Positions 1-10,135 of a stretch of 64,000 nt of DNA are shown here, in pieces. Below the pieces are notes generated by a model, which worked only from the letters and a program-made list of their open reading frames with translations, searched no databases and had not been told where the DNA came from. Made by a program: the position numbers and the translations under genes. How positions within the stretch are numbered: the stretch's first letter is position 1; each line of letters begins with the position of its first letter. The DNA comes from Giardia intestinalis. Its lineage: Eukaryota. The stretch lies in the NCBI GenBank assembly GCA_000002435.2, contig CM018791.1, one strand, 5' to 3'.

Positions 1-291
1 GAAGCAGACCCTACTACATGCGTAATCGCAACGGGTGGAAGGCCCATTGTTCTACTTCCGGTCGCAAATGCGATGGATAAGGACTGGTTGTCATGCACAC
101 AATCAACAGAAAGAATCCCAGGGGTTCTACGAGATGTCACACCAAACGCCCTGTCCACACTGCTGGCACAGGAAGAAGGTGTGCTGGTTCCGCACGAAGG
201 CGTGCTAAAAGAGGCAGACGGGGTTAAGCGGGGAGGGGATTGGGCACTAGAGATTCCTGAGCCTATCGTGCTGCCAGGCAGCTTCGAATGA
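1..291 (+). CDS. 3' partial CDS (C-terminal ~96 codons) of a gene starting upstream of the window; product unknown
   Basis: Frame 1 is open from nt 1 to the TGA at 289-291. The track's 73..291 ORF is the same frame with an internal Met. No recognisable domain. Confidence 0.3.
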   Translation, partial: EADPTTCVIATGGRPIVLLPVANAMDKDWLSCTQSTERIPGVLRDVTPNALSTLLAQEEGVLVPHEGVLKEADGVKRGGDWALEIPEPIVLPGSFE

Positions 292-823
292 GGCCTTGGC
301 GCGTACTTATATCTGCTCTTGATCGAGTGGAGTTGTATGCTATACGTAGGCAAAGCGTCGGACTTGCATGAGCCAAGGTGAACATACATGGGCGCTGTAA
401 ACGAGGGCAGAGCAGCAAAGTAAGAACGGGTTAGGGCAGGAACTCTGCATCCCTGTATCCCTGCACTAATTGCACGGCAATATACGGGCCTCAGAGGTAT
501 ACACGTGTCTACAGCCGTAGCAGAGAGAGTAGACTTGCCACACAGAGACCTGGAGGAGAGATCAGGCTCAGCCGAAGGCGAAAGTTTGTTATCATCGAGC
601 AGCGGCAAGATGGGCCTTTGCTCTCCATCGCATACAAGGTGACTGCTGTATGTGTGACTGACGTCGCTTCTAGAGCGCTTGTGAAGGGCCATCGTCTTAG
701 GAGATACTACTCCGTCAACCACGGCTGACCGAGGAAGGCCAAAGAGGCCTTTTTTCGCATCCCCAGAGGGTGCCCCGTCGGCAAAATCAACTACCATTTT
801 AAAAATTCAAAAACAACCAGTAG

Positions 824-1114
824 ATGGCTCTACCTCCCATGCCCACCCTGAGATCGCCTGGTGCACGAGCACGCTCCCTGATGGCTCACAAGAGCATCAT
901 ATCCAAGGAGTTGCCAGGTCAGGGCTCCTCAGCGCCACTCCGCCCGAGACAGCTACCCCCTCTTGCACTCGCACCAGAGAAACCCCGGTCCTCATCTCCT
1001 ATCAGGGCAAAGTCCCAACTAGCCGCAGCCTCGGCACTTTCCAATCACCCTCCATTGGGGAATCCCGGCAATCCCAGGCCCCTGAACTCCGGGACCACAT
1101 CGAGAGCCTTTTAA
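824..1114 (+). CDS. Small Pro/Ser/Ala-rich hypothetical protein (96 aa)
   Basis: Real ATG preceded by an AT-rich tract (cattttaaaaattcaaaaacaaccagtag). The product is low-complexity, so coding status is uncertain. Confidence 0.25.
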   Translation: MALPPMPTLRSPGARARSLMAHKSIISKELPGQGSSAPLRPRQLPPLALAPEKPRSSSPIRAKSQLAAASALSNHPPLGNPGNPRPLNSGTTSRAF

Positions 1115-1181
1115 AAAGAAAAACACTACTTTCAAATGTTCACAACAGACTTTAAAACGCGGGCCTTTTTATAATCCGCGC

Positions 1182-1841
1182 ATGAGCTGTAATGGCATTG
1201 TGTCTGTCTCTCGCATTCTTGGCCACGATTATGACGACGTGAATCCTGTCGATAGTCCTGAGCACCCTTGGAGGCGGCGCGTCAGGGGCCACTGCGGAAT
1301 CCTCCCCCCGGTGGAGAGCACGCTCAGCGTCGCCCCGTTCTCTTCTAATTATGGGGCGCTTTCTCCTGTAAGCGGAAGGTTCTCACGGGCGTGCTTCAGA
1401 AACATGGGCGACCTGTTTGATCCTTCGACGAGGATGTACGCAGACAGGCTCAGCAGCTTTGTCCATTTCGGGGAGGCACTCAAGATGGACCCAGGGGTGG
1501 AGGTTACCTACTACAGCGTGGATGCTCCCGTGACAGACCTTATAAGCAGGGTTTACGATCCAACAAGCCTATGGAGCGACTTACACTATAAAGCTGGTAG
1601 AAGACATTACAAACTTGGTGAATACAGTGACGAGCAACGGATTAGGAACCGGATACCCCCCTCGTTGGACTACGAAATGCAACCCCAACACTGCAACAGG
1701 GAGTGCTGCAAGCACCTGAACATCCGCTATAGAGACGAAAGCGGGGATAGGACCAGTCCCATGTGCACCTCGTGTGGGAAAGGTCTTGGAACTTTCGTTC
1801 CGTCGTCCACCAACTCAAGCATATCCAACAGCCAGTGGTGA
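1182..1841 (+). CDS. Hypothetical protein (219 aa)
   Basis: 660-nt ORF with a real ATG and an AT-rich tract (ttttataatccgcgc) just upstream. The composition is non-repetitive. No recognisable domain. Confidence 0.45.
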   Translation: MSCNGIVSVSRILGHDYDDVNPVDSPEHPWRRRVRGHCGILPPVESTLSVAPFSSNYGALSPVSGRFSRACFRNMGDLFDPSTRMYADRLSSFVHFGEALKMDPGVEVTYYSVDAPVTDLISRVYDPTSLWSDLHYKAGRRHYKLGEYSDEQRIRNRIPPSLDYEMQPQHCNRECCKHLNIRYRDESGDRTSPMCTSCGKGLGTFVPSSTNSSISNSQW

Positions 1842-1922
1842 AGGCTGAAACGCTACCAGAAGGGCTCGACCTTGGCTTCAGCTCTATACATATGTCAGTG
1901 TGGTTTGCCGCATGCTCTTCGG

Positions 1923-2648
1923 TCACTCGCCGGCTATAATAAGGGACTTGAGGTTGGATATGTGTGATTTCAGGCCGAGTATTTCGGCCGTAAGTAAATC
2001 AAACTCCTGTATCCTGTTGGCGAGCCGCTTCTCCCACGTCTCTATTGATGTGACGTACCGGGAGATCTCATCATTTAGCTCAACAAGCCGCGCGGCTAAG
2101 TTCTTCACATCCACCTGGGTTTCCAAAAGGGGGTTCGCCGCCAGTTGATCTGCCTCGCCTATAGACACGTGGGAGAGGACATCGACAACCTGGCTCATTA
2201 CATTGAAGAGTGAGGGCCGCTGGGCTGCGATGCCCGCAGCTATTGCACAATAGATCGTAACTTCCAGGTCACGTTGGGCCTCTGGGCTCACTCGCTCAGT
2301 AGATACCGACGCTAGGTTTTCGGATAGCCATGTTTCTAGGGCCAGGATATTGCTTTTGTAGGTTCGGCGACCCACCGCCCGCACGGGAACGACAACATCA
2401 TTTGTTGAGACGTCCACAGCCGCCTTGATGAGTTGATAGCGATTGAAGTGGGAGGACAGCCCATGCAGGTAGCCTTTGCTGAAGCTTAGTCTTGAAAGAA
2501 CATTGTCTCCCGCGGAAAGCGTGGCATCCAGCGGCTCTTGTCTAGCAGTCATCATGGTGTTCAGAGACAGCCTTGCTAGAGTAGGGTCCTGGGTAGAAGA
2601 GGACTTTCTGGTGCGATCGCGAAATGCAGAACGGATAACGGAGCTCAT
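1923..2648 (-). CDS. Hypothetical alpha-helical/coiled-coil protein (241 aa)
   Basis: The track ORF 1923..2822 begins in AT-rich intergenic DNA. The first ATG with an AT-rich initiator (CTATAAAAATA ATG) is at 2648. The C-terminal half has heptad-like periodicity. It converges on the 1182..1841 gene. Confidence 0.5.
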   Translation of the reverse strand: MSSVIRSAFRDRTRKSSSTQDPTLARLSLNTMMTARQEPLDATLSAGDNVLSRLSFSKGYLHGLSSHFNRYQLIKAAVDVSTNDVVVPVRAVGRRTYKSNILALETWLSENLASVSTERVSPEAQRDLEVTIYCAIAAGIAAQRPSLFNVMSQVVDVLSHVSIGEADQLAANPLLETQVDVKNLAARLVELNDEISRYVTSIETWEKRLANRIQEFDLLTAEILGLKSHISNLKSLIIAGE

Positions 2649-2876
2649 TATTTTTATAGTGAATTGAGAGTCTGTAGAGCAACCCTGGTCATTGTGGTTC
2701 AATAGAAATTTACAATTGATCAACCGAAAGGTAAGCTGTAAGATATTATGAAATAAGGTATTATGAAGTAAGGTATTATAAAAATGACTAAAATGCCAAA
2801 GGCACTCTGCCGGCAGCCTCAAGCAAATCGAAATTTTAGTAAATTAAAATCTAGCATTCAGAGGATCCCAGCCTGA

Positions 2877-5800
2877 ATGTATGCTGATCGCCAGCGGAAA
2901 AAGGTAATGGAGCGCGATGCGCAGATCAAGCTGGCCCAGGGGGATAAGCTTGCAAAGCGGGGGCTCTGGCTGGAGGCTGTGGCACTATACACAGAATCCA
3001 TTGACTTAATCCCGACCAACGCCATGACATTTTTTAATCGAGCAAAGTGCTACTTTGAGATGCATGACTATCATAGGTATGTCTTCGATATATCACTAGC
3101 AATTCACATTGAACCGACAAATTATGTATTCTACGTTGCGCGCTCGCATGGGTTCTACATGCTTAAGAAGGTTCAGGAAGCGCTAAAGGACTTAGACTAT
3201 GCTATTTCCGAGACAGGTTCCTCTGCAGACCTATTCTTTAGGAGAGGTGTCTGCTACTATGATCTGCGTCGCTGGAGTGATTCCATAAGCGATTTCTCCA
3301 GATGTCTAGAGATCAATCCGGCCCATCCCAGTGCATACTCACGGCGCGGAGCAGCCTACCTCAAGCTTAAGAACGGCGCTTTAGCAATAGATGACCTTCG
3401 GAAATCTGTCAACGTCTCTAGTCGCTCTCTACAGCACAAAAATTACTTCAAACTTGCAATAGCAAACCTTATCATAGGAGACGCGCTCGCGGCTGTAGAG
3501 GCTTTCAGTGCCGCTTTGGAAATAGCAAGAAACTACCGCGCAGAACTTATTTCCAAGCAGAAGGCCAAGGCTTCTAAAGTAGCCACCTATGGGATATCAG
3601 GAATAGCTCAAAAGGAGGAAGAAGAGAAAATAGATATTAAGCGAGTCATCATGACTGTGGACAAGGTGCGCTATCAACTGATAGCGTTTGAGGATAATGA
3701 AACATTCAACATATTTGACGATGCCGTGAATGCAGAGCCGCCCAAGTATACACCTATGGCCATCTACACCCCCAGTAACAAGAAGCTCGAGCAGCTGTCT
3801 TCCGAGAAAGCAGAACTGGAGGCCACGGAGAAGTGCTTTCCCGAGTATCTGGCCAGTAGAGGCAAGGCAAAGGCTCTCCTTGGTAGACACTCGGAGGCCC
3901 TGCAAGACTTCTCGGAGTCAATCTCCTATTCTCCTAACAATCCCCAAACGTATTATGAACGCTCTAATGCCTTTAGAATCATGGGGTTTTATGAAAATGC
4001 CCTCAGAGACATCGAATTCTGTGCCCACAGGAAGCTTAATGCAGATATCGCCTATGCGAAAGCAATAATCTGTGAGAATATTGGAGAGCTGGAAGAGTCT
4101 TTGGTGATTTACGAGGCGATCCTCGCTGGACTGTTCTCTAAACCATATACTACGGACTACCTCCAGTCTCTTGGTGACAGGGGACAGTCCAGCATAGACG
4201 CCATCGTTGAGCTTAGTCTACGGGGAGCAGATGAAACAATGATAGCAGCAGAGCAGTTAATCAACGAGACGAGGTTTGTTAAGATGATCGAATTAGATGC
4301 ATACGTAGATGACCTGACTGAACGGAGCAAGCGTGTGACTAACTATCCTGGCAATACCACCAGGCCAAACCTAAGTATCAGCACTGGGATTTCAAGTGAT
4401 CACGAGGGGAGCAAAGACAGTCCTAATGACAAGTCTGGATTACCCAGCGCGCTTATCAGCAACACCACACCACATGCACAGGAACAGATATTTGGAAAGT
4501 CCCAGCGTTCAACTGTGACAGCTGATGGGAAGGTCTTCCCCAAGCCTCGGTTCTTCCATCTTCCGAGTCTTTACCACGCTGCTCTTTTATATAGGCAAAA
4601 GCTGAACTTCGAGCGTGCAACTGAACTTATAAGATATGCTCTCTCGTTAGATCCCTTGGATGACAAATTATATGAGCTACTTGCAATCCTGCATTATGAC
4701 GCCCTTGACTATCATAACGGAATAGCCTGCGTCGAGAAAGTCATTGAGATTCAGTCCACTAGTCCCACAGGAGTCTTTTGGGAAACTTACTACCTTCTGG
4801 GAATGTGCCACATGAAGCTACAGAACTATAGTAAGGCTTTGGAGTGCATGATACTGGCGCAGAAACAGCCCGCTGGTGGCGCAAAGGAACCGCTTTACAA
4901 GCAGATTGAGGCAGAGAAAATTAATGGGGTGCTAGCTTCTCTTCCGCCGGGCAGCAATATCGCAATTGCGTATCTGACATATGCGGGGAGCTCTGCTATA
5001 CCGCGGGATCCCTTAAGCCCCACCTCTGCAGCGCGTGGATACCGTGCCGGGCAGTCTACACAGACAGAGCAGAGAGATACCTCACCCAATTCTGTCATCT
5101 TCCCTCTCCTGGATTTGTCTGGAGCGCTTCCAGGATGCAACAATCTGCACGTTCTACTCCGGAAAGCAGAGTGTCTCTTCTATCTCTCAGACTATATAGG
5201 TTGTGTCAGAAGCTGCTCTCTGGCCCTTAAAGAATTCAACTTTTCACAGTACACCCACCGCGGTGTTCGGCTCATCTCAACTGTTGCCAACTTGATTAGA
5301 AATAATAAGCCCTTACGTCAGTATGACCTTGCACAGGTTGTGAAAACTAATGGGAACGTGATGAGCCAAGAGGAGATAGCGTCTCTTTCAACGATGGTTG
5401 AGGTTCCGCTAAATGGAAGCGATAAGGAGTATCTTTTTAATGTCTACTTTCTTCGTGCACGGGCTCTGGCCATCATCAACCGTCTGGAACGCGCTGTGAA
5501 GGACGCATTCCGGGCCCGGCACGTTTACCTTAATCTAGGAACCATGGCGACGACTGGTATTGGTGCTTTACTTTACTTTATGAGCAGAACCTACGCCTTT
5601 CTACGCCTGTACACCAAATCCTATCACTGCGCAAGAGATGCTATCAAGGCCGGTCTCCCATACTATGCTATTTCGCGTGCACACTACATGCAAGGAGTAG
5701 CGCTTATGTACACAAATAGAAAAGAGCTAGCGGCCAAGTGTTTTTCCCTTGCACTCAAAACCTCCTTTACGGCAAAATTTGCAGGCCCGATCTTTGAGAA

Positions 5801-7004
5801 GCTCCGCGGAGAAGGCATAATTGTGTTACCATCTTTGGAAGAAGTTGCACACTTTGTAGAGCTTTATAAGGAGTATGACCCCTCTGACTATGAGCATTTT
5901 CCTAAAGTGATTGAGAAGGGCAAGAAGAAGATCCTCCTCAATAGCTTTGGTAAAGAGTCGAAGGGTCCTGTCAGCAGATTTGTCGTTCGCACTCCGTCGT
6001 CAAGCAATCCGGGGAGTACTCCTGGAAGCAGGCCCAACACAGGCCGCCGCTTGGCATCAAGTAGTATCATTGAAACGTTTGGAACCGTAGAGCCACAGGC
6101 GGCTCCCCTAGAGAACCGGGACACTGTAGTCAATCGCATGCCAACAATGCAGTGTCTGCCCATCACGGGGACTGAAGCAGAGTTTACTAATAAAATCACA
6201 GCATGCCACAGCCAGCGGATTGATTCTTTAGAGAAACAACTCGTTAACAGTAGGCTTTGGACCCTCGCAGCACAACTAGACACGGAGACTCAAAACTTCG
6301 ACGAGTTTCTGATACTGACGAATCGGCTCCATCAGCCCGAAAACGAGCACATCCTTCGTGGCCCACTTCGCTTTGCCACCACCAATTCCTGGGTCACGAA
6401 AGATAATGTCTTTTATTTGCACGAACGGGCAAAGTGTCTTCAGGAGCTGGGGCTGCACGAACTTGCGACAGATGACTTCACATCAGTATTGCGGTTTCAG
6501 CCAACAAACGATCGGGCATTTTTCAGACGCGGTTTCAGCCTTCGTGCGCTTGGAATGATTGATGAGGCGGCTCTAGACTTCGAAAAAGCAAAGAAGTTGC
6601 GACCAGATGTGAGCCAATATCATCTAGATTATGAAAACATGAGCCAGATTGGCTATCTAGAGCTTGTTCCATATGGACAAGAGGAGTTTTACACTGGGGA
6701 GGCCAGTACAGACATCCAGAAGTCGGATCCTGAGGGCCTTTACAACAGTGACACGTATCCACCGCTTCCGGACGAGCAGTACCTTCAGACTCGCCTGCAG
6801 AACACGCACTTCTATTATATTAATACGCAAGATGTCTTTGACATGGTGCGTACGTTAAACGATTCGATACGGCTTCGCCGGCAGGTTGAGTCACCCACCA
6901 TTCCTCTCACTGAAGAAGACACCGCATTATTGAACAATGACGTAGACGACATACCTCCAGACGCCAGTGTATCAATTGATGGGCCTACACAAGCAGCCCA
7001 ATGA
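2877..7004 (+). CDS. Large TPR-repeat protein (1375 aa), function unknown
   Basis: Uninterrupted 4.1-kb ORF with a real ATG after an AT-rich tract. Multiple 34-residue TPR-like units occur near both the N and C termini (W/L-G-Y-A-F-A-P pattern, e.g. AKCYFEMHDYHRYVFDISLAIHIEP, FFRRGVCYYDLRRWSDSISDFSRCLEINPAHPSAYSRRGAAY). Confidence 0.8.
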   Translation: MYADRQRKKVMERDAQIKLAQGDKLAKRGLWLEAVALYTESIDLIPTNAMTFFNRAKCYFEMHDYHRYVFDISLAIHIEPTNYVFYVARSHGFYMLKKVQEALKDLDYAISETGSSADLFFRRGVCYYDLRRWSDSISDFSRCLEINPAHPSAYSRRGAAYLKLKNGALAIDDLRKSVNVSSRSLQHKNYFKLAIANLIIGDALAAVEAFSAALEIARNYRAELISKQKAKASKVATYGISGIAQKEEEEKIDIKRVIMTVDKVRYQLIAFEDNETFNIFDDAVNAEPPKYTPMAIYTPSNKKLEQLSSEKAELEATEKCFPEYLASRGKAKALLGRHSEALQDFSESISYSPNNPQTYYERSNAFRIMGFYENALRDIEFCAHRKLNADIAYAKAIICENIGELEESLVIYEAILAGLFSKPYTTDYLQSLGDRGQSSIDAIVELSLRGADETMIAAEQLINETRFVKMIELDAYVDDLTERSKRVTNYPGNTTRPNLSISTGISSDHEGSKDSPNDKSGLPSALISNTTPHAQEQIFGKSQRSTVTADGKVFPKPRFFHLPSLYHAALLYRQKLNFERATELIRYALSLDPLDDKLYELLAILHYDALDYHNGIACVEKVIEIQSTSPTGVFWETYYLLGMCHMKLQNYSKALECMILAQKQPAGGAKEPLYKQIEAEKINGVLASLPPGSNIAIAYLTYAGSSAIPRDPLSPTSAARGYRAGQSTQTEQRDTSPNSVIFPLLDLSGALPGCNNLHVLLRKAECLFYLSDYIGCVRSCSLALKEFNFSQYTHRGVRLISTVANLIRNNKPLRQYDLAQVVKTNGNVMSQEEIASLSTMVEVPLNGSDKEYLFNVYFLRARALAIINRLERAVKDAFRARHVYLNLGTMATTGIGALLYFMSRTYAFLRLYTKSYHCARDAIKAGLPYYAISRAHYMQGVALMYTNRKELAAKCFSLALKTSFTAKFAGPIFEKLRGEGIIVLPSLEEVAHFVELYKEYDPSDYEHFPKVIEKGKKKILLNSFGKESKGPVSRFVVRTPSSSNPGSTPGSRPNTGRRLASSSIIETFGTVEPQAAPLENRDTVVNRMPTMQCLPITGTEAEFTNKITACHSQRIDSLEKQLVNSRLWTLAAQLDTETQNFDEFLILTNRLHQPENEHILRGPLRFATTNSWVTKDNVFYLHERAKCLQELGLHELATDDFTSVLRFQPTNDRAFFRRGFSLRALGMIDEAALDFEKAKKLRPDVSQYHLDYENMSQIGYLELVPYGQEEFYTGEASTDIQKSDPEGLYNSDTYPPLPDEQYLQTRLQNTHFYYINTQDVFDMVRTLNDSIRLRRQVESPTIPLTEEDTALLNNDVDDIPPDASVSIDGPTQAAQ

Positions 7005-7010
7005 AGAGTA

Positions 7011-7034
7011 ACGCATGCATACGTAAATTTACGT
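7011..7034. terminator. Shared 3'-end region of convergent genes, containing the palindrome ACGTAAATTTACGT
   Basis: The 39-nt gap between the TPR gene stop (7004) and the NEK gene stop (7044) holds GAGTAAC and a 14-nt perfect palindrome. Its halves read CGTAAAT on both strands, a near match to AGTRAAY. Confidence 0.35.
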
Positions 7035-7043
7035 TAAGATAGG

Positions 7044-10000
7044 CTAAATACCGTGCTTATAAATAGAAGCTATACGGTTTGCTACGTCGCGCTTGGCCGT
7101 TCTTTGGTTGAGAAAAATCTGCAGCTCATCAACGATGTCCTTGTGGCCTTCTCGCAAAGCAACATCTAGGGCTTCGAGACCGTACGTCTCTCCCTCGTAT
7201 GGCAATATCTTACGTAGGGACTCTACATGGCCTTTCCGGGCAGCTATCTTGAGGGCAGAGCTGAAGAACGAGCCTTTTCTATTACCCTCAACTGGCGCAA
7301 GAACTTCACAGCATTCTGCACGATTGTATGTGGCAGCAATCATCAAAGCTGTTCTTCCGTCCTTGTCACAAGACCCGTGCTCAGCACCTAGGAGGATCTT
7401 ACACACTTCTGGGTGTCCGTTCATGGCTGCATACATAAGTCCCGTGTAGCTGCGTGCATCTGACATTGACGCCTCATGTGGAGCTAGTAGCTGGACAAGC
7501 GCGGGATTTCCCTTACTTGCAGCAAAGATCAGAGCAGTCTTCCCGTCCTTATTTATCATTCTAGATTCATACTGACACAAGATCTTGGCACACGCAAGCT
7601 TCCCTTGTAGTGACGCCTCCATAAGAGCTGTTTTCCCGTCTTTGTTTTGCATCTTGCTTTCGTGGGCAGACAGTATTTTGACTATGTCGTCATACCCTCG
7701 TGTTGCTGCCATGATCAGGGACGTAGACCCATCGTGCCGTGAAAGCGTTGCTTCAACGGGGGCAAGAAGTTCCACGCACTTAGTGTGGTGGTTCATCGTA
7801 GCAAACATAAGGGCTGTGAGCCCATCACTGTTGTGCATTCTTCCTTCGTAATTAAGCAATAGCTCAACTGTCGAAGTGCTTCCGTGACCAGCAGCCTTCA
7901 TAAGCGCTGTGGTACCGTCCTTTGTCGTCAGCTTCGCTTCTTTGTCTACCAAGAGCCGACACAGGTCGCTGTTATTAAAGAATGCAGCCCACAACAGAGC
8001 AGTTTCACCCTTCTTGTTCTGTGCCCCTGCTTGAACAAGATTTGAAATAGCATCAGTATAGGAGCTGCGCTTGCAGGCCCGGATGAGACGCGTATTTCCT
8101 TCCGGATCAACCAAGTTCTCAGGGTGTACAACGGATGCCAACTCTTCGTTCATGTGTACAACGGATGCCGTGTTAGATCTTAGTGGAAACACACCAGGTA
8201 ACTGTACAACAGATGGAGTTCGCTGAGTTGGTGTGAAAGAGCGTCCTGTAACTGCACTATAGACACGCTCTGGTGTCCCGACGGAATTGGTGATGATCCC
8301 GGCCACTTCATAAAGGCTTGTTATACGCCTGTTTTGCAAAGCCTTGGTAACCATCTGGTTTATCTCACTTTCTGCTGAAACATTTGCAGGTGCTGAATCA
8401 GCTTGTGGTGCCGAAGGCTGATCTGTAACACTTGTAGCCTGACCTGTTCGCATGTTTATTGCTGAGTTTTTATTCCCAGCTGAGACAAGTAGCCGGTGGA
8501 CGCTCTTGCTTTGTGCAAGGACCCGTTCTCTCTGATCTTCTAGTAGGTTATTTATTGGCTGCTTCTCATAGTTTTCTACCATCACAGGTGGTGTCGGGGC
8601 ACTCGGCTTATCCTCTATATGTGTCGAGTGCCTTATTGGATGCTTGGATCGCGAAGGAGTAGGATTGCGTGTAGAGTTTGAAAATATCCTCGGCTTTGCT
8701 GTCTTCGGAAGAACAGACGTGGGCATGGGCTTAACTCGAGGAACCTCATTTATTTTACTACTAAGGGGGTCAAATCGATTCCGTGCTTGAGAGGCATGAC
8801 CAGACGAATCTTCATTTGCAGTGTGCTCTTGAGATTTATAGGCCTGTGCTGGAGGATCACTGGATCCCGAAATGCTCATTGTTCCGGTGTTAGTACCAGA
8901 GTTAGAATGGTCGAAGTGACCAGAATTAGCGGAGGGTACTGATATGCCCGTTGCTTCTATGCTGTTAATCGAACAAGTGGCAGCCGGGGAGATAGATGCA
9001 ATACCATGACTCTCCTCTCTATGGAGTTCTCCACTGGCTACACACAAGTCCGAGCTGTGATGCTTGGCTACATCTCGGATGTCTTTACCACTAGATACAG
9101 TAGAAGAGGTTGATGATCTTTTGGGTACAACAGGAGCGCTATTGCTGCCTGCGATATCTGCTCCGCTGGGAGGAATGGTGGAGCTAGGAAGCGCCAGTGT
9201 AGCACTCAATGATACGGTCTGGCAGGGGTGCTCTGAAGTTATTGCAACCTTTCTAGACATGGCATCAAGTGCCTCGACAATCCTGTTATGCTGAAGCAGA
9301 TCAGCTGTGCTAATTCGACACGCGGGCTTCGGCCGTATCATATTCTCTATCACTTCGTGTAGTTCCTTGCTATAGAATTGGGGCATTTCCGGGTATACAC
9401 CACTCCGGATCATACGAATGAGCGGGCCCATCCCAACAGCTACAAAGGGAGGTCGGAGGGCACACACGTGATAGATTGTGCACCCAAGAGACCAGATATC
9501 TACTGCACCACCATGGTACTCCCGTACACCCTCATGAATCTCAGGCGGGGCGTATAGAGGCGTTCCGCACTTGGTTGAGTTCAGCTTGTCGCCTTTAATG
9601 GCGGTAGAAACATTAAAATCTGCTAGCTTTATGTTCCCCTCTTTATCTAAAAGAAGATTCGCCGGCTTAATGTCCCGGTGATAAACCTTTCCGATATTGT
9701 GTGTTACCCCCTCCTCGTCTTGATACTTTTTGTTGAAGGGGCTGTGTAAATAGGTGAGCGCTTGGATGGCCTGCGCAAGAAAGCCCCATATAGCTGCCTC
9801 TGGGACCATTCTTTTCTTTGACTTGCTATCGTCGATCAAGCGCTGAAGATCTGACTCACAAAGCTCCATGAAGACATACAGCGTACAGTTCTCCTTATCA
9901 TCAATGACGTCATAGCACTGAACAATGTGCGGGTGGTGCATGTGCTTAAGTATGCGGGATTCTTTGAACATAGACTCGGGGTCCTTCACTCCCTCATAGC

Positions 10001-10121
10001 TGACTATCTTACACGCCACCTCCGTAGTGGTGTCGGTATTCCGCGCCTTCACTACCCGACCAAACGCCCCTTGCCCTATGCTTCCTATGTATTCATAGGG
10101 GTGGGGGAGACTCACCGACAT
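7044..10121 (-). CDS. NEK-family Ser/Thr protein kinase with C-terminal ankyrin-repeat array (1025 aa); catalytic motifs intact
   Basis: The N-terminal kinase domain has a Gly-loop GQGAFGRV, VACK lysine, HRDIKPANLL catalytic loop, DFN (DFG-like) and GTPLYAPPE. A central S/T/P-rich linker follows. About 10 ankyrin repeats fill the C-terminal third (TALMKAAGHG..., TALMFATMNHH...). The start is a real ATG with AAAAATAT upstream. Confidence 0.9.
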   Translation of the reverse strand: MSVSLPHPYEYIGSIGQGAFGRVVKARNTDTTTEVACKIVSYEGVKDPESMFKESRILKHMHHPHIVQCYDVIDDKENCTLYVFMELCESDLQRLIDDSKSKKRMVPEAAIWGFLAQAIQALTYLHSPFNKKYQDEEGVTHNIGKVYHRDIKPANLLLDKEGNIKLADFNVSTAIKGDKLNSTKCGTPLYAPPEIHEGVREYHGGAVDIWSLGCTIYHVCALRPPFVAVGMGPLIRMIRSGVYPEMPQFYSKELHEVIENMIRPKPACRISTADLLQHNRIVEALDAMSRKVAITSEHPCQTVSLSATLALPSSTIPPSGADIAGSNSAPVVPKRSSTSSTVSSGKDIRDVAKHHSSDLCVASGELHREESHGIASISPAATCSINSIEATGISVPSANSGHFDHSNSGTNTGTMSISGSSDPPAQAYKSQEHTANEDSSGHASQARNRFDPLSSKINEVPRVKPMPTSVLPKTAKPRIFSNSTRNPTPSRSKHPIRHSTHIEDKPSAPTPPVMVENYEKQPINNLLEDQRERVLAQSKSVHRLLVSAGNKNSAINMRTGQATSVTDQPSAPQADSAPANVSAESEINQMVTKALQNRRITSLYEVAGIITNSVGTPERVYSAVTGRSFTPTQRTPSVVQLPGVFPLRSNTASVVHMNEELASVVHPENLVDPEGNTRLIRACKRSSYTDAISNLVQAGAQNKKGETALLWAAFFNNSDLCRLLVDKEAKLTTKDGTTALMKAAGHGSTSTVELLLNYEGRMHNSDGLTALMFATMNHHTKCVELLAPVEATLSRHDGSTSLIMAATRGYDDIVKILSAHESKMQNKDGKTALMEASLQGKLACAKILCQYESRMINKDGKTALIFAASKGNPALVQLLAPHEASMSDARSYTGLMYAAMNGHPEVCKILLGAEHGSCDKDGRTALMIAATYNRAECCEVLAPVEGNRKGSFFSSALKIAARKGHVESLRKILPYEGETYGLEALDVALREGHKDIVDELQIFLNQRTAKRDVANRIASIYKHGI

Positions 10122-10135
10122 ATATTTTTCACTAT

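Noticed and set aside
2649-2822. N-terminal 58-codon extension of track ORF 1923..2822 (MRLPAECLWHFSHFYNTLLHNTLF...)
   Set aside because: It runs through an AT-rich repetitive intergenic tract (aataaggtattatgaagtaaggtattataaaaatgac). The downstream ATG at 2648 has the canonical AT-rich initiator, so the extension is unlikely to be translated.
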